Shown here in pieces: positions 50,945 through 64,000 of a stretch of DNA of 64,000 bases. The stretch covers positions 40,238,001 to 40,302,000 of the forward strand of contig NC_043006.1 of the NCBI RefSeq assembly GCF_006345805.1. Reading direction: 5' to 3'. Position numbers and translations under genes: made by a program. Under the pieces are notes generated by a model. That model made no database searches. It saw only the letters and a list, made by a program, of their open reading frames with translations, and had not been told where the DNA came from. Every line of letters starts with the position of its first letter. Position 1 is the first letter of the stretch. The DNA is from Octopus sinensis (Eukaryota).

Positions 50945-52535
50945 CTGTGCTTTTGTCCCTCACCACCGCTTGACAACCGGTGTTGGCATGTTTTCCTTTC
51001 CGCCATCGAACGGTTCGCCAAAAGAGACAGATAGAATAAGTACCACACTTAAAAATTCAAAATTACTCGGTTCAATTTGTTCGACTAAAGGTGCCCTAGC
51101 ATGGCCGCAGTCTAATGACTGAAACAAATGAAAAATAGAAAGGCACAAAGACATGTAATTCATTGTATCTGAGGAGAGTCATTCTCTTTTAGTGTCTTAT
51201 TACTTAACACACACACACCGGTTCGATTTCCACACGTTTACTTATTTATTTTTTTCTAAAATTTTCGTTGCGTCTTGCAACCCTTTTAACAGTCGTTGAC
51301 TCTGTGTTAAGTGATAAAGCACTAAAAGAGAATGACTCTTCCCAGACACAATAAAATATGCTTCAACACAGGAATTCACATAAAGAATCTTGCAAACCAA
51401 ATACGAAAACATGTTTGACGGGTCAAGGGAAAATCTACCAACTGAAATAGCAATAATTTGTAGCTACCTTATCATAAGTGTTGTTTCTGGTTTAGAATAT
51501 TAAATTTTGGGCTAGCTTTGAATTTCGTGCTGTAAGTGAATGTCATGATACGGTAAGTCTGGTGATATCAAACGCTCGTTGAATTTATTCGACATTCAAG
51601 GCTTCAATCCATGGCCGTTTTGGTGAGGGTTGGTCACATCTTAAATAATATTTTTTTTATTTCTTTATTGCCCACAGGGGGCTAAACATGGAGAGGACAA
51701 ACAAGGACAAAGAGATTAAGTCGATTACATCGACCCCAGTGCGTAAGTGGTATTTATTTAATCGACTCCGAAAGGATGAAAGGCAAATTCGACCTAGGCG
51801 GAATTTGAACTCAGAACGTAACGGTTGGCGAAATACCGCAAAGCATTTTGCCCGGCGTGCTAACGATTCTGCCAGCTCGCCGCCCTTGAATATTATTATT
51901 ACTGGTGTATGTTTGAAGATGGTGAGAAGGCAAGATCGTTTGCGTATAGGACAAATGGCCTGAAAATGTCATCAAGGTCACCTACCAATGTGGCATGACG
52001 TCGCTGTTATAATTAATTATATTCAATGCCATCCGAGAAACAAAGATTGTCATAGGATAAATATGGTGAATCCCCCAGGCATCGAATACATACGTATTCA
52101 ACAATAGAAGGAATATTGGTGGGACATTCCCATCAAAACTTCTAATAAACAGAGACAGTGAAGTCCTTAGAACTCCAAGATGCAACCGAAAATGTAGTTA
52201 GTCACTTCTATGTAGGACATCACACGTGACTAACAGCTGCCCTAAAATATCGTCAAAGTACTATCTCCCTATGGCGACAAAACATTGTCGCAAAAACAAT
52301 ATACAATGTCTTTCGGAAAAAAAAAAGTCTACCGGGCAATAAATAGAGAATCCCCTGTTATTGAATACATGCACAAACATCAACACAAAGAATATTGAGG
52401 GAAAATTCCAGTCAAAACATAACTGGGCAGATTGTTTGAAGCAGACAAAACAAAGTACCGTACGTACTGTCAGAGAGCGAACGTGAATATCCATTAAAAA
52501 GCGTCTAGCTTCTATATTTACAATTATACCAGTAA

Positions 52536-53998
52536 CACGGTACAACAAATTTCAGGATCAAGAAATAGACATAGTTCTCATGTACATTTTATTATGAAGC
52601 TGATTGTGCTAAATTCGAATTTTATTACAAAAATTCCCATCATGTCACATTTTCTTGCAAACTACCAACTTAATAACTATGCAATTTATACCAATTTCCA
52701 CGCTATCATAAATTTATTATATAGTCAGATTAAATATGTCCATTGTAATTAATTATTAAATATATAACGAATCAGCATGTATGTTAGCATTATATGATGT
52801 ATTAACCTACATTTTAGTATTTATTTCTTCGTTTATAAGACATGTCAGGTGTGTCACGCTTCAGGTTCCAGCAGAAGTCAGCCAGCATAGCTGGTCTCCA
52901 TTTCCCCTTATACCTGTTTTCCATCGACGCTATACCTTGATGGAACCTCTCTCCATGTCCATCACTTACGTCTCGTGCATTCTCTGAGGACAAACGAGAA
53001 TATAGAAAGTGTATCTTCAGTGACATATTGCATCCGAGATCTTGGTAGCACTTGATTATGCACTCCACTATACTCTCTCGCTGGGCCACTGGGTGCTTTC
53101 CCAAAAGTCCTTTACATTCATATTTGAATGCCTGCCAGGCCACTAGCACAGTTTCATCCATTGTCGTCTCGAAGTCCTCATCAGCTATAAGTTGACGAAT
53201 CTGAGGGCCTACGAATATGCCTTCTTTAATCTTGGCACCGCTTATTTTCGAGAGGATCACCTTGAGGTACTGGAGACCTGGCTTGTTAAGTTGCAGTGCT
53301 TTGGTAAATTGCTTCATTAGGCCTAGTTTTATATGCAGTGGTGGCAAAATGATTTTCTCCTTAACTAGTGACTCATGATTTACATTATGGCATCCAAGCA
53401 TCATAGTTTCCGGATGTGGCCATTCTGAGTGTACATAAGGTTCTGATCTGGCCCTGCTCTGTCACTTGCAAAGGAAACGCAGTCACTCGGTGTATCCAGT
53501 TTGTAGCCCGTTAAGTAGAGCTACTTTCAAGTCCGCACAAATTAGCCTCTTATGTTCCTTGAATAAAAGCGAGGTTCTTGGATGTTTCTCTTAGAATGAC
53601 TGAGTGAGCAATTGGAACTGAAGGCATGGTGTTCCCAATGTGCAACAGAACCGCTTTTATGCTGTAAAGGGACGCATCTATGAATAACCTCCACTCATTT
53701 GGTTCATAGGTCAGCTCAAGGGCATTGAATAGGTCTCTGATATCATTACAGTAAGTCAAGTTGTTTTCCAGAGTGAAGAATTGCGGTAATCTCCAGAATG
53801 TTTCCTAAATACTGTAATACAAGCATCTTTATCCAACAGGTTCCATTGCGGTAGACGTGAGACCAGGACTTCACTTTGTGGCTTAGTAAGTGTTAGATCA
53901 CGAACTAGATCATTAAGTTCAGGTTGGATGATGAGGTGTGGTTTCTTATCAGATTTACCGCAGAATTGGACCCATATAACTATAAAAATATCGAGCAT
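52536..53998 (-). mobile_element. CMC/Chapaev3-like DNA transposon remnant
   Basis: ELNDLVRDL, WRLFIDAS..KAVLLH, PPLHIKLGLMKQF, LKIHFL, VSDGHGERFHQ..MLADFCW; CAC terminus at 52536; superfamily name from memory. Confidence 0.7.
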
Positions 53999-54524
53999 AC
54001 TTTTATAATTTTCATAGGTTAGGTTGACAAATACGTTAGGAACACCCCATTAAAATTATATCAAAATCCGTTCATAACTTTTAGAGTTGTCAGTTTCGGC
54101 CCAATCCTGTTTGCACTCAATTCATACAGAACTAACATTGTATTTAACATCAGATGGTAAATTTCAGGCAGGTCACAGAAAGAAACGGATGTTATTTTCA
54201 TGATCTACACACAAAATACCCCAAGAAAAGATTATTTTCATATCCAGACTGTCAGTCTGGATAAACATGGATTTTCAGAAACAAAATATAAATCAACTCG
54301 CACATTACAAATACAGTCAGTAAGTGGAACAGTAAAAATATGTAAAACTTTTCTCAAGTTTAAAATGTTAACTTATTGTTATCTACATTCAACGATGGAA
54401 CTTTATAGTTTTGTTATAAACCAGCAGTTTCCCTACAGGAATAATTAAAATACAAGAGAACACATACGAGGCTTCTTTCAGTTTCTGTCAATCAAATTCA
54501 CTGTCAGCCTAAAGCTATATTCTA

Positions 54525-54904
54525 TCATTCTTTTATTTGTTTCAGTCATTTTGACTGCGGCCATGCTGGAGCACCACCTTTTTTAGTGGAGCAAATCGCC
54601 CCCAGGACTTATTCTTTGTAAGCCTAGTACTTATTCTATTGGTGTTTTGCCGAACCGCTAAGTTACAGGGACGTTAACACATCAACATCGGTTGTCAAGA
54701 GCGATGGAGGACATACACACACACACATATATATATATATACGACGGGCTTCTTTTAGTTTACGTCTATCAAATCCTCTCACAAGGCTTTGGTCGACCCG
54801 AGGCTATAGTAGAAGACACTTGCCCGAGGTGCCACGCAGTGGGACTGAACCCGGAACCATGTCGTTGGTAAGCAAATTACTTACCACACAGCCAGTCCTG
54901 CGCC
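54525..54904 (-). mobile_element. SINE family A
   Basis: Sequence match. Confidence 0.9.
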
Positions 54905-55316
54905 TATAGTAGAAGACAGTTGCTGAAGGCACCACGCAGTGGGACTAAAACCGAAATTTAATACCCATGCAGCCATATCTGCGCATATATACCACCATTT
55001 AACGTCCAGTTTCTTCCATGCTCGCGCGGGTAAAACAGAATTCGCTGAGACAGATTTTCTACGGCCGGATGCCCTTCCTATCGCCAACTCTCACACATTT
55101 CCATGCAAAGTAAATATTTCCTCATGACGAGACAGGTTTTTCGGGGAAGACTCGGCACAAACAACATCGCTTGTATGACGGTGATTCTCGTTTGCAAACA
55201 TTACGTCAAGACAAAGTACGCACACAAACACATAATATATCACGTAATCACATGACCGACCAGGCTATCGGAGGTAGTTATACGCTGCTGGTCACAATAC
55301 GCTTAGCATCGTTTTT

Positions 55317-55739
55317 TTTTTTTTTCGTTTCTACCCACAAGGGGCTAAACACAGAGGAGACAAACAAGGACAGACAGACGGATTAAGTCGATTATATCGA
55401 CCCCAGTGCGTAACTGGTACTTAATTTATCGACCCTGAAAGAATGAAAGGCAAAGTCGACCTCGGCGGAATTAGAACTCAGAATGTAACGACAGACGAAA
55501 TACCTATTTCTTTACTACCCATAAGGGACTAAATCCAGAGAGGATAAACAAGGACAGACAAACGGATTAAGTCAATTACATCGACCCCAGTGCGTAACTG
55601 GTACTTATTTAATCGACCCCGAAAGGATGAAAGGTAAAGTCGACCTCGGCGGAATTTGAACTCAGATCGTAGCGGCAGACGAAATACTGCTAAGCATTTC
55701 GCCCGGCGTGCTAACGTTTCTGCCAGCTCGCCGCCTTCA
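55317..55739 (-). mobile_element. Dimeric SINE B insertion within a SINE C fragment
   Basis: TSD GCTTAGCATCGTTTTT at 55301-55316 and 55740-55755. Confidence 0.8.
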
Positions 55740-57395
55740 GCTTAGCATCGTTTTTAGCTTGCGAATGATGTCAACCCGCTGGAGAGGCGAGCAGGCCATA
55801 CATATACACAGAGTTTCTTTCTACCAAATTTATTCACAAAGCTTTGGTTAGCCTGAGGTTATAGCAGAAGACACTTGCCCAAGGTGTAACACAATAAGAA
55901 CATGATAGTGAAGCAAGCTTCTTAAGCACACAACTGTCCATGCGCATATACATATATGTATGAATGAATATGTGCGTCAGGTTTGTCTGTGTATATGTGT
56001 AATAGTAAATTCGAAATCATTACTTTAATGATTACAGTTTATTAAATTATAATCCTAATTAATTACATTCTCCAGAGAATTAACTTTACGATGACACTAC
56101 TTCCTGCAGACTGCAATCAATAACCGTTTCTACCATTTTTTTTTCTTTTGTTAATCTTTTTTAAACAGCAGATTTTGTTGGGTTTTTTTCATTGTTTTTA
56201 TTTATGTCTTTTGTAAAAGTTATTACTTTATTGACATAAAATTCTTGGCATGTTTTCTTCATAAAAAAAAAAAAAATTATTTATGCAGTTCACAATCTGA
56301 AAAATGTAAAAAAAACAAAAATAATGAAAAATAAAAATTAAAAACTTCCCTGTCTCTTAAAATAAATAAACTAATTAATTAATAAGTTAATTAAAAAAAA
56401 ATAACAACTAAAAACAGAGCTTAAATTTAAACATCTTGTCTGAAAAGTGAATGAAATTGCATAAAAGAGAGAACATGTTTAAAAAATACACATTATACAG
56501 ATAATGTAAGAATAAAAATACACATGATTTACAAATTAAAATAATACACAAGAACAAATCAAATTTTTTTTTTTTAAGTTACACTTGTTAGTTCTTTTCT
56601 CTTTCCCTTTAACGAACTGCGACAAACTAAACGGACTAATTATTCATTAACTGACCAATGTAAAAATAAAAACAACCGAATTCCATAGCATAAAAGATGT
56701 ACACGCATATTAGATGTACCCTAATTTCAACAGTGCATATTTATGAAAAAAAAGAAGTGGGGCAGTGCATTAAAGCATGTAATATAGGCCCAAGTTCGCA
56801 TAGAAATAGAGAAAAGGACTTAGTTCATTTAATCGCCCTACCCCACTCTAGAAACCCTAGTTGTTGATTCCCTTTCGATACTAAACTGGCTGAAACTGCC
56901 TCTAGCTCTGTAGTACAAATGTCTTGTTTTCAAAAGTTCTGAATTAAAATCTTCTACCAAACCTTAGTTACAATTTATGTTCCTAACGCTAGCTGAATGG
57001 TAACTACGTTATTTTACTAAATTCTTTGTTATGCTTAAAATTAATTGAAAGAAATACAGAGCATCTCAAAGTAAATATGGTAACAAAAGTATTAAGTACA
57101 TTATTCTATTGACTCCAGGAGGATTAAAAGCAAAGTTAATCTCAGGGACATTTTTCTGGAGAGAAAAAAATGCATCTTACAGTACCATCAAATATGGGAT
57201 ACAGATAATTGAAATAACTTTTTCTAATTTAGGTACAAGGCACAGAAAGTAACAGGAAATGGAGTACAATGGTACAGTCAATTACATTGACCTCAGTTCT
57301 TGACTGGTACTTTACTGTATCGATGTTGGAGGAATGATGGAGGATGCTGGAGGAATGAAAGGTAAGGTTGACCCTAGTAAGATTTGAACTTAGTA

Positions 57396-57567
57396 CAGCG
57401 GTTCTCAACCTTTTTTATATCCGAGCCAGATCCAAGACTGGATTTTTTAGAAGGGGAGGCATACCATAAAAGGTAAATAACAAGTCATAGAAAAATTTAT
57501 TAGATTTAAAGAAGGAAGACTGTCGAGGGCCATAAGCGACCCTGGGATCTGCAGCTGAGAAACGCTG
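57396..57567. mobile_element. hAT (Charlie-like) MITE
   Basis: TIR CAGCGGTTCTCA / TGAGAAACGCTG; 8-bp TSD ACTTAGTA / ACTTAGAA. Confidence 0.8.
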
Positions 57568-58834
57568 ACTTAGAAATGTCAAACTCTAATGGTTCTGACA
57601 ATCTACTGTTCTTAATAATAATTGAATGTAACAAAGGCACAAGACCTGGAATTAGAGAAAAGGAGTTGGTTAATTTAATCGTCCCCATCTCACTCAAGAA
57701 ACCCCAATTCTTGATTAAGTACGTTAATCTCTAAACTCCAACAGGATGAAAGGCAAAGTTAACCTCAGTAAAAATTTCAACTCAGAACAAAAAAAAGAGC
57801 CATAACTATATATTACAAAGGCATCTATGGTATTTAGCACACGTGTGTGTTGTTCCGAAAGTCTAATAATTTCCACAATAATTTTAGGAATGGCTAAGTC
57901 AGTTAAATCGACTCAAGTGTGTAAATGGTACTCCTTTTATCCACCCTGAGTCGACTTCAGCAGAATTTGAACTCTGAACGTAAAGACAGACAAAATGCCA
58001 CTTTCATAATAATCCTTTCTACTATAGGCACAAGGCCTGAAATTTTGTGGAAGGGAGACTAGTCAATTACATCGACCCCAGTGCATAACTGGTACTTAAT
58101 TTAATCGGCCCCAAAAGGATGAAAGGCAAAGTCAAACTCGGCAGAATTTAATAATAATAATATTAATAATATTTATTGTAATAAAAATGATTTTGCTTTA
58201 TTTTTAGCTCTTCCATTGTTTTTAAATACATAATAGTTAAGAGTATCAATTACTGCCACACCATACAAAATTTCAGTTGAAATCTCTCATATCTTTTACA
58301 AGTTTTATACAAATTATAAAATAGATGCACTTTGTGATCAGTTACAAAATTCGAGTAGTAAACCAATAAAAAAAAAGACTAACTGTTGGTACCAATTTTT
58401 AACACGACCTCGGAGTAGATCACCATAATTATATATATATATAATTACTGGAATTAAGTGTTAGCTATTGGGATTATTGGGATGCAAACATACCAACACC
58501 AGTTGTTGGTGGGAGGACAAACACAGAGACACACATGACAGGCTCCTTTCAGTTTCTGTCTACCAAATCCACTCTCAAGGATTTGGTCAACCCAAAGCTA
58601 TAGAAGACACCTGTCCGATTTACATACATATATAGGAGTGGCTGTATGGTAAGAGGTTTGCTTCCCCACCACATGGTTTCGGGTTCAGTCCCATCTTGGG
58701 ACCTAGTGTGTATAGACTATATATATATATAAATAGCAGTTTCTAAATAGTGTATATGCATGATCTACACAATCAATGTAAACAGATGGTGTATACAATA
58801 TATTTATACAAATGTATGTATAATTGTTTTGCTT

Positions 58835-59225
58835 TTATTCATTTACTTGTTTCAGTCATTTGACTGCGGCCATGCTGGAGCACTGCCTTTAGTCGAACAA
58901 ATCGACTCCAGGACTTATTCTTTGTAAGCCTAGTATTTATTCTATCGGTCTCTTTCACAGAGCCGCTAAGTTACAGGGACGTAAACACACCAGCATCAGT
59001 TGTCAAGCGATGGTGGGTCGGGAGACAAACACACACACAAATACATATATATATATACACATATGAATGGCTTCTTTCAGGTTCCATTTACCTAACCCAC
59101 TCGCAAGACTTTTGTCAGCCCGAGGTTATAGTAGAAGACACTTGTCCAAAGTGCTATGCAGTGGGACTGAACCCGGAACCATGTGCTAGGAAAGCGATCT
59201 TCTTACCACACAGCTACTCCAGCAC
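58835..59225 (-). mobile_element. SINE family A
   Basis: Sequence match. Confidence 0.85.
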
Positions 59226-59481
59226 CTCATCATCATCAACGTTTAACGCCCGCTTTCCATGCTACAGAGAAACGGCCAAAACAAATGCTACAGTCGACAG
59301 TGAGTACAAACACTGTATACAAACGAGAGAATTGTGAAATAAGAAAATAAGATTCAGATCGTTGCGGGTGTGTGGAGAAAAAGCAGATGCATATAACTAC
59401 ATAAATTATAAATAAATATAACAAATAATATGTATACATACATCTATATATATACATACATACATACACACACACATGCAC

Positions 59482-59517
<36 letters not shown>

Positions 59518-59870
59518 TGTGTGTATGTATATATATATCAATGTAGAACTGTTTGTTCCAAGAAAAATTTTAGCAACAAGACAGATCTTTAGGTTTGAAA
59601 AAAAAAAAAACAGAAAAGAAAGCATTGAAAATTTATAAAGGTTCTTTTTTTTTCTTTTGATTTGTTTTAAATAATATTGTAAGAATTAAGAAAGCAGATC
59701 GCCACCATTTAACTTCCCTGTGCCATGTTGAAATATGAAGCATCACATGCAATTCAAATGGTAGTTATACGTCTGTATATTCATTACTAATCAGTATGTG
59801 TGCATGCAATGTGCATGTGTGTATATATGTGTGTTTGTGTAAAATTATTTTTAATGTTTGTGCATTGTAG

Positions 59871-59927
59871 GAAACCTTTAGTTGCAGAGATAATCCTGAG
59901 AGAATGATACAAATCTTTCAGAAGGAA
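59871..59927 (+). CDS. Putative exon (ETFSCRDNPERMIQIFQKE)
   Basis: ttgtag acceptor, gtttgc donor, phase 0/0. Confidence 0.4.
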
Positions 59928-59977
59928 GTTTGCATATTGTGCAAATAAAAAATTCAAAATACTTTTTTTTTTAATAG

Positions 59978-60157
59978 ATTAAAAACGAAAATGATGAACT
60001 ACGAAAAGCAAAATTAGAATGCATTATTCTACATCCAGAAATAGTCAACACTGCAACTAAGGAGAACTTCCATTATACAAAGTACCTCGCCACAGGTGTT
60101 CGGAAAAATTTAACAGTGAAAGCGCTTACACACACTATGAAAGCTTTCTTCCAAAAG
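59978..60157 (+). CDS. Putative exon (IKNENDELRKAKLECIILHPEIV..MKAFFQK), product unknown
   Basis: Poly-T taatag acceptor, AAG|gtttgt donor, 60 open codons, phase 0/0. Confidence 0.55.
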
Positions 60158-60231
60158 GTTTGTGTCATTCTGTCTTTTTCAGAATATCTTCCTTTAAATA
60201 TGATTGGATCTAGTATTTTTAACAAAAACGT

Positions 60232-60274
<43 letters not shown>

Positions 60275-60301
60275 CATGTGTGTATTTTCATACACACACA
60301 A

Positions 60302-60335
<34 letters not shown>

Positions 60336-61374
60336 GAATGTATATATCTGTGTGTGTATCATCATAAAAATTATTGAATGACAATTGGACAGGAATTATG
60401 TAATCACTTCCATAAGCTTACAGTTGTTTCTGCTATAAGATGCAAAGCACTCAGAGCCGAGTGTTTATGCAACATCCTATAAACTCCCTAGGAACTATTA
60501 AACTCAAATGTGTTTATTTTGGAAAATATTTACACATAATTCCTGTTCCCTTGTCATTCAGTAATTAATATTATACTCTGTATTTGCCTAACACATTTAT
60601 TCTAAAGTATATGTATATTGAGTTTTAAGGACCAGTTATTAGTACTGTAATACCTAAGTGAAATCATGTGTGTGTGTGTGTATATATATATATACATACA
60701 CCACATACATGTGTATACACATGGTATCCAGCAATTTTGATTAGAGAATCATTTATTTGCTTGATTTTTCTCCTTCTGACTTGGGAGTACCACTTTTTTT
60801 TTTTAAACTTTAAAATATACTTTTAAACTGGTGAAGAGAAATATTCAAGTATGTTTTTGTATCACTGTATATCCCTGGTTTTCACATCTTCTGAGTCACT
60901 AGACAATTTCATGTATGCAACTAAATATATTTGTTTTTCTTGTGTCCTACATAAAAGTGTGTGTGTGTGTGTGATATATATATATATATATATATATATG
61001 TATACGAGAGAATAGAGAGGTAATTTGCAGCCATTTACTCATCATGAGAAAATAGAACACCTATTTTGTATATCTTTATCTACCTCTGAAGAGATTCGAC
61101 TTTTAAATAATTTTTAATTCAACTAATTTTCTGAGGGTCTGAATTGAAACCGCCACAAGAGATGTTTGTCAATTTTTTAATTAATAAATTATTATTTATT
61201 AATTATCTTTCTATTTTCTCATAACAGATAAAATATATATATAAACCACGTCTTATATAGTTACCTTGCAGTTGAGTATTAAATATAATGTTCAATACTC
61301 TTTGTATAGGTAATTAACCAGTACTTTCATAGGATTTTGCTATCCCTGAATGAGGTTTGTAACCTTTAATTGTG

Positions 61375-61420
<46 letters not shown>

Positions 61421-61963
61421 CGTTGGTATTATGCAAAAGTGTCATAAGTCTAAAACATTGCTTTTTCAGAAAACAAAAAAATAGTTTCTCAATTCCATAG
61501 CAAAACCGTTGTATTACACTTTGACAATTTTCATATCTTGACATATGATAGTTTGACCAAAAGAACCAGCTATTGCAAGCAGAAATAAATATTGATAAAA
61601 AATGCATTTGTTCAGATTTGGACATATGACACTTCAACATAATAGTGACGATATATGCACACATACACACTCTGTATTTTCTCATATATGTCGCATTATT
61701 TTATACTCGATTTCAACTAATAAAACTGGGGTGCAATATACATTGGTAAATACATAGTAAATATATATATGTGTGTGTGAATGTATGTGCGTGTCTGAAC
61801 TTTTCTGTTTATAACAGTATATATTTGTTCTATAAGAGGCTTCGCATTAGGTTTTTTTTTAAATGTTATTCTTTTTATTTGTTCTTTTTTGTTTTTTTTG
61901 TTTGGTTTTTTTTTCCAGAAAAAAAAAATCTTTTGTCTGCAAAATAGCACCATTTATCTTCAG

Positions 61964-62037
61964 TATCGATGTATAACAATCCACAATGATAACCAAAACA
62001 CCAGCAAACATATCCATCGCAAGACTGAAGTTTGCCG
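61964..62037 (+). CDS. Possible exon (YRCITIHNDNQNTSKHIHRKTEVC)
   Basis: tttatcttcag acceptor, CG|gtatgg donor; phase-compatible with the exon ending at 60157. Confidence 0.3.
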
Positions 62038-62324
62038 GTATGGTGGTGGTGGTGGTGGTTGTGGTGATTGTGATGTAAGGCAGGATTTAGAGAATCGCTT
62101 GGTGGCAGGTTGTTGCAGAGAGTTAATCTGTTAATCCATTAGGCGGCAGCGATCACTATTATAACAATAACTGACAGCACCACCGTGAAGAACACGTGAA
62201 CAAACAGACAACACTTCTTGAAGCGTCGACCCTGCAAATAATAAACAGAACGGAAAAAAGTGAGTACAAACAAATATTGGTACATTGGATTGTAGGAAAG
62301 TTTCAAAGAAGTGACGGTACATAG

Positions 62325-62575
62325 CTTAGCAGTTAGGGTATCCAGCTTACAACTTTACGGTCGTGAGTTCAATTCCTGGTGATGCTTTATTTCACATCGC
62401 TCCAGTCCACTCAGCTGGCAAAAATGAGTAGTACCTGTATTTCAAAGGGCCAGCCTTGTCACATTCTGTGTCATGCTGAATCTTAAGGGTATGCATGCCA
62501 CTTGTACATTAATTTCATGAGCAGGATGTTCCATTGATCAGATTAACTGGAACCCTCATAGTGGTAACCGACAGT
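62325..62575 (+). mobile_element. tRNA-derived SINE family F
   Basis: CTCCAGTCCACTCAGCTGG..GGGCCAGCCTTGTCACA body; related copies at about 6150-6420 (-), 21553-21700 and 28440-28680. Confidence 0.7.
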
Positions 62576-64000
62576 CCCAAGTTAGTTTCAAAGAAACAAA
62601 AATAAAAAAAATAAATACAAATAATACAAGCTTTTACTAGGCACATCACCATCAGATTTTGAAGGGAAGTGTACTCTAGATTGAATCAACCTCTGTTACA
62701 GGGCTGGAACTTCAATTACTTTAATTTACGAGCCCAAATAGACAAAAGCTGACCCCAGAGAGATTTGAACAGAGAAGGTAAGCATTTGTAACCAAGTTCC
62801 ACAATCTGAAACTGCATTCTCCTTATACAGAGTCACTTTTATTTCTTATTAATTAGGCATAAGATTAATTTATAGTAAAGATTGTTTGCCAACATAACAT
62901 AGCAGTCCTGGTTTAGGACGAATGTTGCTGTAATTTAGCCCCCAGAGACATTGTCTCCGGTTGGCTATATGACACAATCTAAATTACAGCAACATTTGTC
63001 CTAAACCAGGACTGCCACATTATGTTGGCAAACAATCTTTACTACAAAGTACTGTAGCTGAATATCTCGTTGTGAGATTTAAAAATAATAATTTTCTAAT
63101 AAGATTAATTTATGTAGAATATAAATATTAACAAGTTAATTTAAATCCAGTATATTAAAATATATATTATCCCTGATGAAGGACTGGTTGGGTGGTTAAG
63201 TTCACTTCTGAGCCATATGGTCTAAAGTTCAGTCTCACTGCATGGGACCATGAGCAAATATTTTCTACTATAGCCCTAGGTCAACCAAAGCCTTGAGAGT
63301 GGATCTGGTAAATGGAAAACGAAAAAGTCCATTGTATATGGATGTGTGTGTTTGTGTCTGCTTGTCTTGCCATCATGTGATAATTGTAAATGAATCATTC
63401 ATTTTTAATATTCTGCAAAAAAACATGCTCCGGCAGATTGGAAATGAAGGAAAACGCTTGCATGGTGATGCTTATTTACAAACATCATAGCAAATTAAGG
63501 TAAGGAGACAGTAACACACACACACACACACACGCATTCAGTGGGTTTCTTCAGCTTGCCTCAACCAAATCATCTCACAAGGCATTGGTCAGCCTCGGTC
63601 GAGAGGAAACACTTGCCCAAGGTGCCACACAGTGGAACAGAACCCAAAACTACATGGTTGCAAAGCAAGCTTCTTAACCACACAGACAGACAGGCTTACT
63701 TACATATCTGTGGAATACTCATCCACTTACACGCTAAATCAATGAGTAAATAGTCCAGCTGACCAAACAATTAACTAAACATTGCTGAAACCTGATGGAG
63801 ATCTAAGTATCTATTTCGCTTATTTTACTCCAATACCATCAGCACAACAGGCAAGGAGCTTCCTTCAAACATCCCAACTGTTCGCTTTCCTCTCAGCTCC
63901 ACTTGAGCCAATTCCATTGCTAGTATGTCAACATACTAGCCAGTGGCACGTAAGAGAACCATCCGAACGTGGCCGTTGCCAGTGCCGCCCCGATTGGCCT

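Noticed and set aside
61470-61680. Possible exon after ttgctttttcag
   Set aside because: All three frames hit stops within about 40 codons and no donor was found
63170-63185. CCCTGATGAAGG hammerhead start
   Set aside because: Truncated by a SINE; second half absent

Overview
AT-rich, intron/intergenic animal DNA, almost certainly a cephalopod (Octopus-like, inferred from the tRNA-SINE families and the (TA)n/(CA)n/(CATA)n/(AAT)n load). There is one 100-N gap. Most of the window is transposon-derived: at least five tRNA-derived SINE families, an L1/Tx1-clade LINE with intact ends, R4/Dong-type, RTE and CR1/L2 LINE fragments, non-autonomous Helitrons, and mariner, Tc1, Tc2, Tigger, hAT, piggyBac-like and Chapaev3-like DNA elements. 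Isolated putative host exons occur at about 3.7-4.4 kb (+), 27.8-31.2 kb (-) and 59.5-62 kb (+); none could be named. Most ORFs in the supplied track are microsatellite or SINE translations. The notable signals are: (i) several distinct families of minimal type-I hammerhead ribozyme motifs with palindromic stem III (Penelope-like/retrozyme type), including U3-A8 covariants and one forming the tail of a tRNA-SINE; (ii) a Tx1 LINE inserted with a 14-bp TSD in the tRNA-like head of SINE family A, whose 3' end matches the tail of SINE family B; (iii) R4/Dong insertions into (AAT)n; (iv) a tandem Helitron carrying a captured Tx1 5'UTR/ORF1; (v) two adjacent 1.2-kb palindromes centred on (TA)n, probably assembly fold-backs. 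SINE family letters A-G are my own labels. All calls were made by eye; many element boundaries are approximate.
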